Source: Pseudomonadota bacterium
GTDB taxonomy: Bacteria; Verrucomicrobiota; Verrucomicrobiia; Limisphaerales; SXTU01
Direction: 5' to 3'
NCBI GenBank assembly: GCA_009922615.1
Contig: RFVF01000014.1
Location: forward strand, 2,188 to 66,187
Length of the DNA: 64,000 bases
Shown piece after piece: positions 61,677 through 64,000 of the stretch. A model generated the notes under the pieces. It was given only the letters and a program-made list of their open reading frames with translations, was not told the DNA's origin and did not search any database. Each line of letters begins with the position of its first letter. Within the stretch, counting starts at the first letter, position 1. The translations under genes were made by a program, and so were the position numbers.

Positions 61677-62465
61677 ATGAAAAACATCGTTTCGCTCTAT
61701 CTGGCCGCACTCCTGAGTCTGTCCATCACCGGTTACTGCGCCAATCCGGCTGCCACCCCGGCCGCCACCGTGCAGAAGGATCAGAAGGCCATTGCGGATG
61801 CGCAAAAGAAGCTGGCCGATGACTCGAAAGCCATCGCGGATGCGCAGAAAGAAGCGCAGCAGGCCATGGCCAATCTGCAACAAGTGCGCGCCAAAGCGTT
61901 TCAAGACATCGCCGCCAAACTCGGCATTCCCAAAGTGCAGGCCGACCTGAACGCGGCCCGGGCGGAGGCCGATCGTTTGTCGAAAGAACTGACCAAGGCG
62001 ACCAAGGATCAGGCGGACTACCAGCAGGCCGTAAAAGATGCCGATGCCGCCCGGGAAAAACTCAACGCTGTGCGCGAGGACAAGTCTCTATCCGAGGTCG
62101 AGCGGCGTAAACAAACCGAGGAACTGTCCAAGATTTTGCGTGGCCCCACCGACCTGATCCGCACCAAGGTCGATGGCGACACCGCCCTCCAGGAAGCCCG
62201 CAAGGCCATGTACACGGCCCAGGCCGAATTTACCAACCTGCAACGGCAGGCGACGGCCGAACTGCAGAAGGATGACTCTGTCACGGCGGCCACTGCTACC
62301 GCCAAGGCGGCTCAGGACAAGGTGGTGACTGCCAACACCGCGTTGCAGCAGCAGCAGCAGGCCATTTACGCCGAACAAGCCAAGCTGGCCCAAGCGCAGC
62401 AGCAGCAGCAACAGAAGCAATACCAGCAAACCCACCGCGCCGGGACGGCCATGAAGAAAAAGTAA
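61677..62465 (+). CDS. Secreted coiled-coil, Gln/Ala/Lys-rich hypothetical protein
   Basis: 262 aa. Signal MKNIVSLYLAALLSLSITGYC, internal KAIADAQKK repeats, C-terminal poly-Q. Confidence 0.65.
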   Translation: MKNIVSLYLAALLSLSITGYCANPAATPAATVQKDQKAIADAQKKLADDSKAIADAQKEAQQAMANLQQVRAKAFQDIAAKLGIPKVQADLNAARAEADRLSKELTKATKDQADYQQAVKDADAAREKLNAVREDKSLSEVERRKQTEELSKILRGPTDLIRTKVDGDTALQEARKAMYTAQAEFTNLQRQATAELQKDDSVTAATATAKAAQDKVVTANTALQQQQQAIYAEQAKLAQAQQQQQQKQYQQTHRAGTAMKKK

Positions 62466-62483
62466 GCCCGGGGCGGGCAGCCT

Positions 62484-63764
62484 TCAGAGGGGAGTCACCG
62501 TCAAGGTGTGCTTCACGGGGATGAGCTGCTGACGGGCCTCGGCATCCAGCGCCTGCTGGCGGGCTTGCAACTTCGTGCGGACGGTGTCGAAGGCTTTGGC
62601 CAGCTCGGGATCGACCTTCGCGTCGTTCGCAAACTGGCGGAAGTTGGTGACGAGGTTTTTGATCATCATCGTCTCGAAGTTCTGCTTCTGACCGAGCACG
62701 CCCACGAGCTGCCCGAACTGCGCGTCAAAGGGCGTGGCGGAAAACTCTGCGGCAAGATTCACGCCGGCTTCCAGTTGTTCCTTCGAGAACTCCTGTGTCG
62801 CGTTGCCCCAAGTCACTTTGGCCTTGGCTGCGCCGAGGTTCTTCACCTTGAGCGTGAAGCGGTTCAAGTCCTGATTGAACGGCGCGAACGGCAGGATGCT
62901 GCGCGTGCTGTTGGCGTTCTTCGGATCGGTGTCGAAGCAAAACGGCCAGCGCGTGCTCTCGATCTCGGCCTTGCCCGCACCGCTGCTGAGAACCTTGTGG
63001 CCGTCCGTCGCGGTGGTCATGCCCTTCGCGTCCACGGTGATGGTGCCGATGTCGCCATCCACGCCGAGGGCTTTCAGAAAGGCGTAAGCCATGAGGAGCT
63101 GGCCGTTGGGGCCGGGATGGAAGCCGTCGCCGCCGCAGACTGGGTAATCGTCGCCCAGCGCGGCCTTAGCCTTGGGCATGGCGTCAAACATGGCGCTGTG
63201 GACGTTGGCAAAGGTCTGTTTGCTTTCCGCCGCCAGTTTCATAGCGATGTCTCGCAAGTGGGCCAGTGTGTCGTTGTAGCCTGCGGCCGAATCCTTCTCC
63301 CCAAACGAAGCTCGCTTGCCGAAGAACTTGGAGTCAACCGCGCCCGGCGAACCGACGACGATGTGCTTCACGCCCGCGGCGGAGAGCTGCTTGAGGACGT
63401 TGCGCATGTTCGCCTCGTAACCCTGACCGATGCTGTCTTTCCACGGCTGGTAGCCGCCGTCATTCATCCCGTAGCAAGTGGTGGCGACGTTGGGGGCGAA
63501 GGCGGCGAGGTCATTGACGCAACGCGCCGCGAACCCGCTGGCCGTCTCACCGCTCCAGCCGAACTGCATCACATGGATGTCCTTTCGGCCCGTGCAGGCG
63601 AGCAGGTAAGCCTCCATGTATTTGCTGTAGAGCTTCTGCTCGGTGATCGAGTCGCCGATGATGGCAACGCGGGCATTGGGCGGAAGCTGCGACGCGGCGA
63701 AGAGCGCGGGCGAAGCCAGCAAAGCGGCGGCGGCAAGAAGTGCGGGAAGCAAACGGTTTTTCAT
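62484..63764 (-). CDS. SGNH/GDSL hydrolase family protein with C-terminal extra domain
   Basis: The ATG at 63764 gives the signal MKNRLLPALLAAAALLASPALFA. Block I is AIIGDSIT; also contains GMNDG. Confidence 0.85.
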   Translation of the reverse strand: MKNRLLPALLAAAALLASPALFAASQLPPNARVAIIGDSITEQKLYSKYMEAYLLACTGRKDIHVMQFGWSGETASGFAARCVNDLAAFAPNVATTCYGMNDGGYQPWKDSIGQGYEANMRNVLKQLSAAGVKHIVVGSPGAVDSKFFGKRASFGEKDSAAGYNDTLAHLRDIAMKLAAESKQTFANVHSAMFDAMPKAKAALGDDYPVCGGDGFHPGPNGQLLMAYAFLKALGVDGDIGTITVDAKGMTTATDGHKVLSSGAGKAEIESTRWPFCFDTDPKNANSTRSILPFAPFNQDLNRFTLKVKNLGAAKAKVTWGNATQEFSKEQLEAGVNLAAEFSATPFDAQFGQLVGVLGQKQNFETMMIKNLVTNFRQFANDAKVDPELAKAFDTVRTKLQARQQALDAEARQQLIPVKHTLTVTPL

Positions 63765-63867
63765 AAACAGTGTTTGAAGAGTCGTGCGCAGTCTGACCAA
63801 ACCCGGCGGGGCGCGCAACTCCGCAGGCAATTCCCCTTGCTGTCCGGCGGGTGCTTCGGCTTAATCG

Positions 63868-63965
63868 CCGCGCCAGGGCCCGCGGAAGGTTGACTTGCGA
63901 ACCCCGCCAGGGCCGGAAGGCAGCAACGGTAGCTTGCTCGCCTCTGCCGTGGTCACCCTGGCATT
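63868..63965 (+). ncRNA. ffs: Probable signal recognition particle RNA (small 4.5S type)
   Basis: CGCCAGGGCCGGAAGGCAGCAACGG (63904-63928) matches the conserved SRP domain IV motif (CAGG.CCGGAAGG.AGCA with a GGAA tetraloop). GCCAGGG (63872-78) pairs with CCCTGGC (63956-62), and CCGCGG (63880-85) pairs with CCGTGG (63947-52). Followed by ATTTTTT. Ends are approximate. Confidence 0.6.
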
Positions 63966-64000
63966 TTTTCCCAAGGCAAAAATTGGAGCAAAATCCCCGG

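Noticed and set aside
62345-62420. CAG trinucleotide runs at the 3-prime end of the coiled-coil gene
   Set aside because: The runs are in frame (poly-Gln) and only 4-5 units long. This is ordinary low-complexity coding and not a separate element.
1-64000. Looked for mobile elements, prophage genes, toxin-antitoxin pairs, restriction-modification or known defence systems, and for tRNA or rRNA genes
   Set aside because: No transposase, integrase, recombinase, phage structural, nuclease-methylase or TA-like ORFs were recognised, and no tRNA-like T-loop sequences. The only compositional anomalies are the short low-GC patches listed as findings.

Overview
This is a 64-kb, ~63% GC chromosomal window. 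I see no rRNA, tRNA, CRISPR, transposase or integrase genes. Gene content is diagnostic of the PVC superphylum, most likely Verrucomicrobiota (Pedosphaera-like lineage). It includes three Tat-signal DUF1501 genes, two PSCyt/DUF1549/DUF1553 genes, one DUF1592-family/DUF1552 pair, and a giant FG-GAP + PVC-type heme-binding (CxxCH) protein. It also holds a DUF2723 membrane protein and a BatA-E aerotolerance-type operon. Other content is a TetR-MFP-RND efflux operon at the left edge, two class III nucleotidyl-cyclase signalling operons, and several histidine-kinase/response-regulator genes. Housekeeping genes are galE, coaE, trxA, an acyl-CoA desaturase and an S9 peptidase, and there is a probable SRP (4.5S) RNA at the right edge. 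45 CDS are supported. Many long ORFs in the track are antisense or alternate-frame shadows typical of high-GC DNA. Several track starts are TTG/GTG extensions, which I trimmed to the ATG preceding a signal peptide. Four observations stand out. (1) A dispersed family of 7-nt tandem-repeat arrays (28-35 nt) and repeat-armed or REP-like hairpins sits in frame in six CDS and also in intergenic spacers. (2) A NodB deacetylase domain is split by a single in-frame TAA from the 1366-codon ORF that carries its last two catalytic motifs. (3) A low-GC small membrane-protein gene is translationally coupled inside a PSD1/DUF1501 pair. (4) Two cyclase operons have unusual architectures. No recognisable defence or mobile system was found. 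All functional calls rest on remembered family signatures read from the translations, not on database searches.
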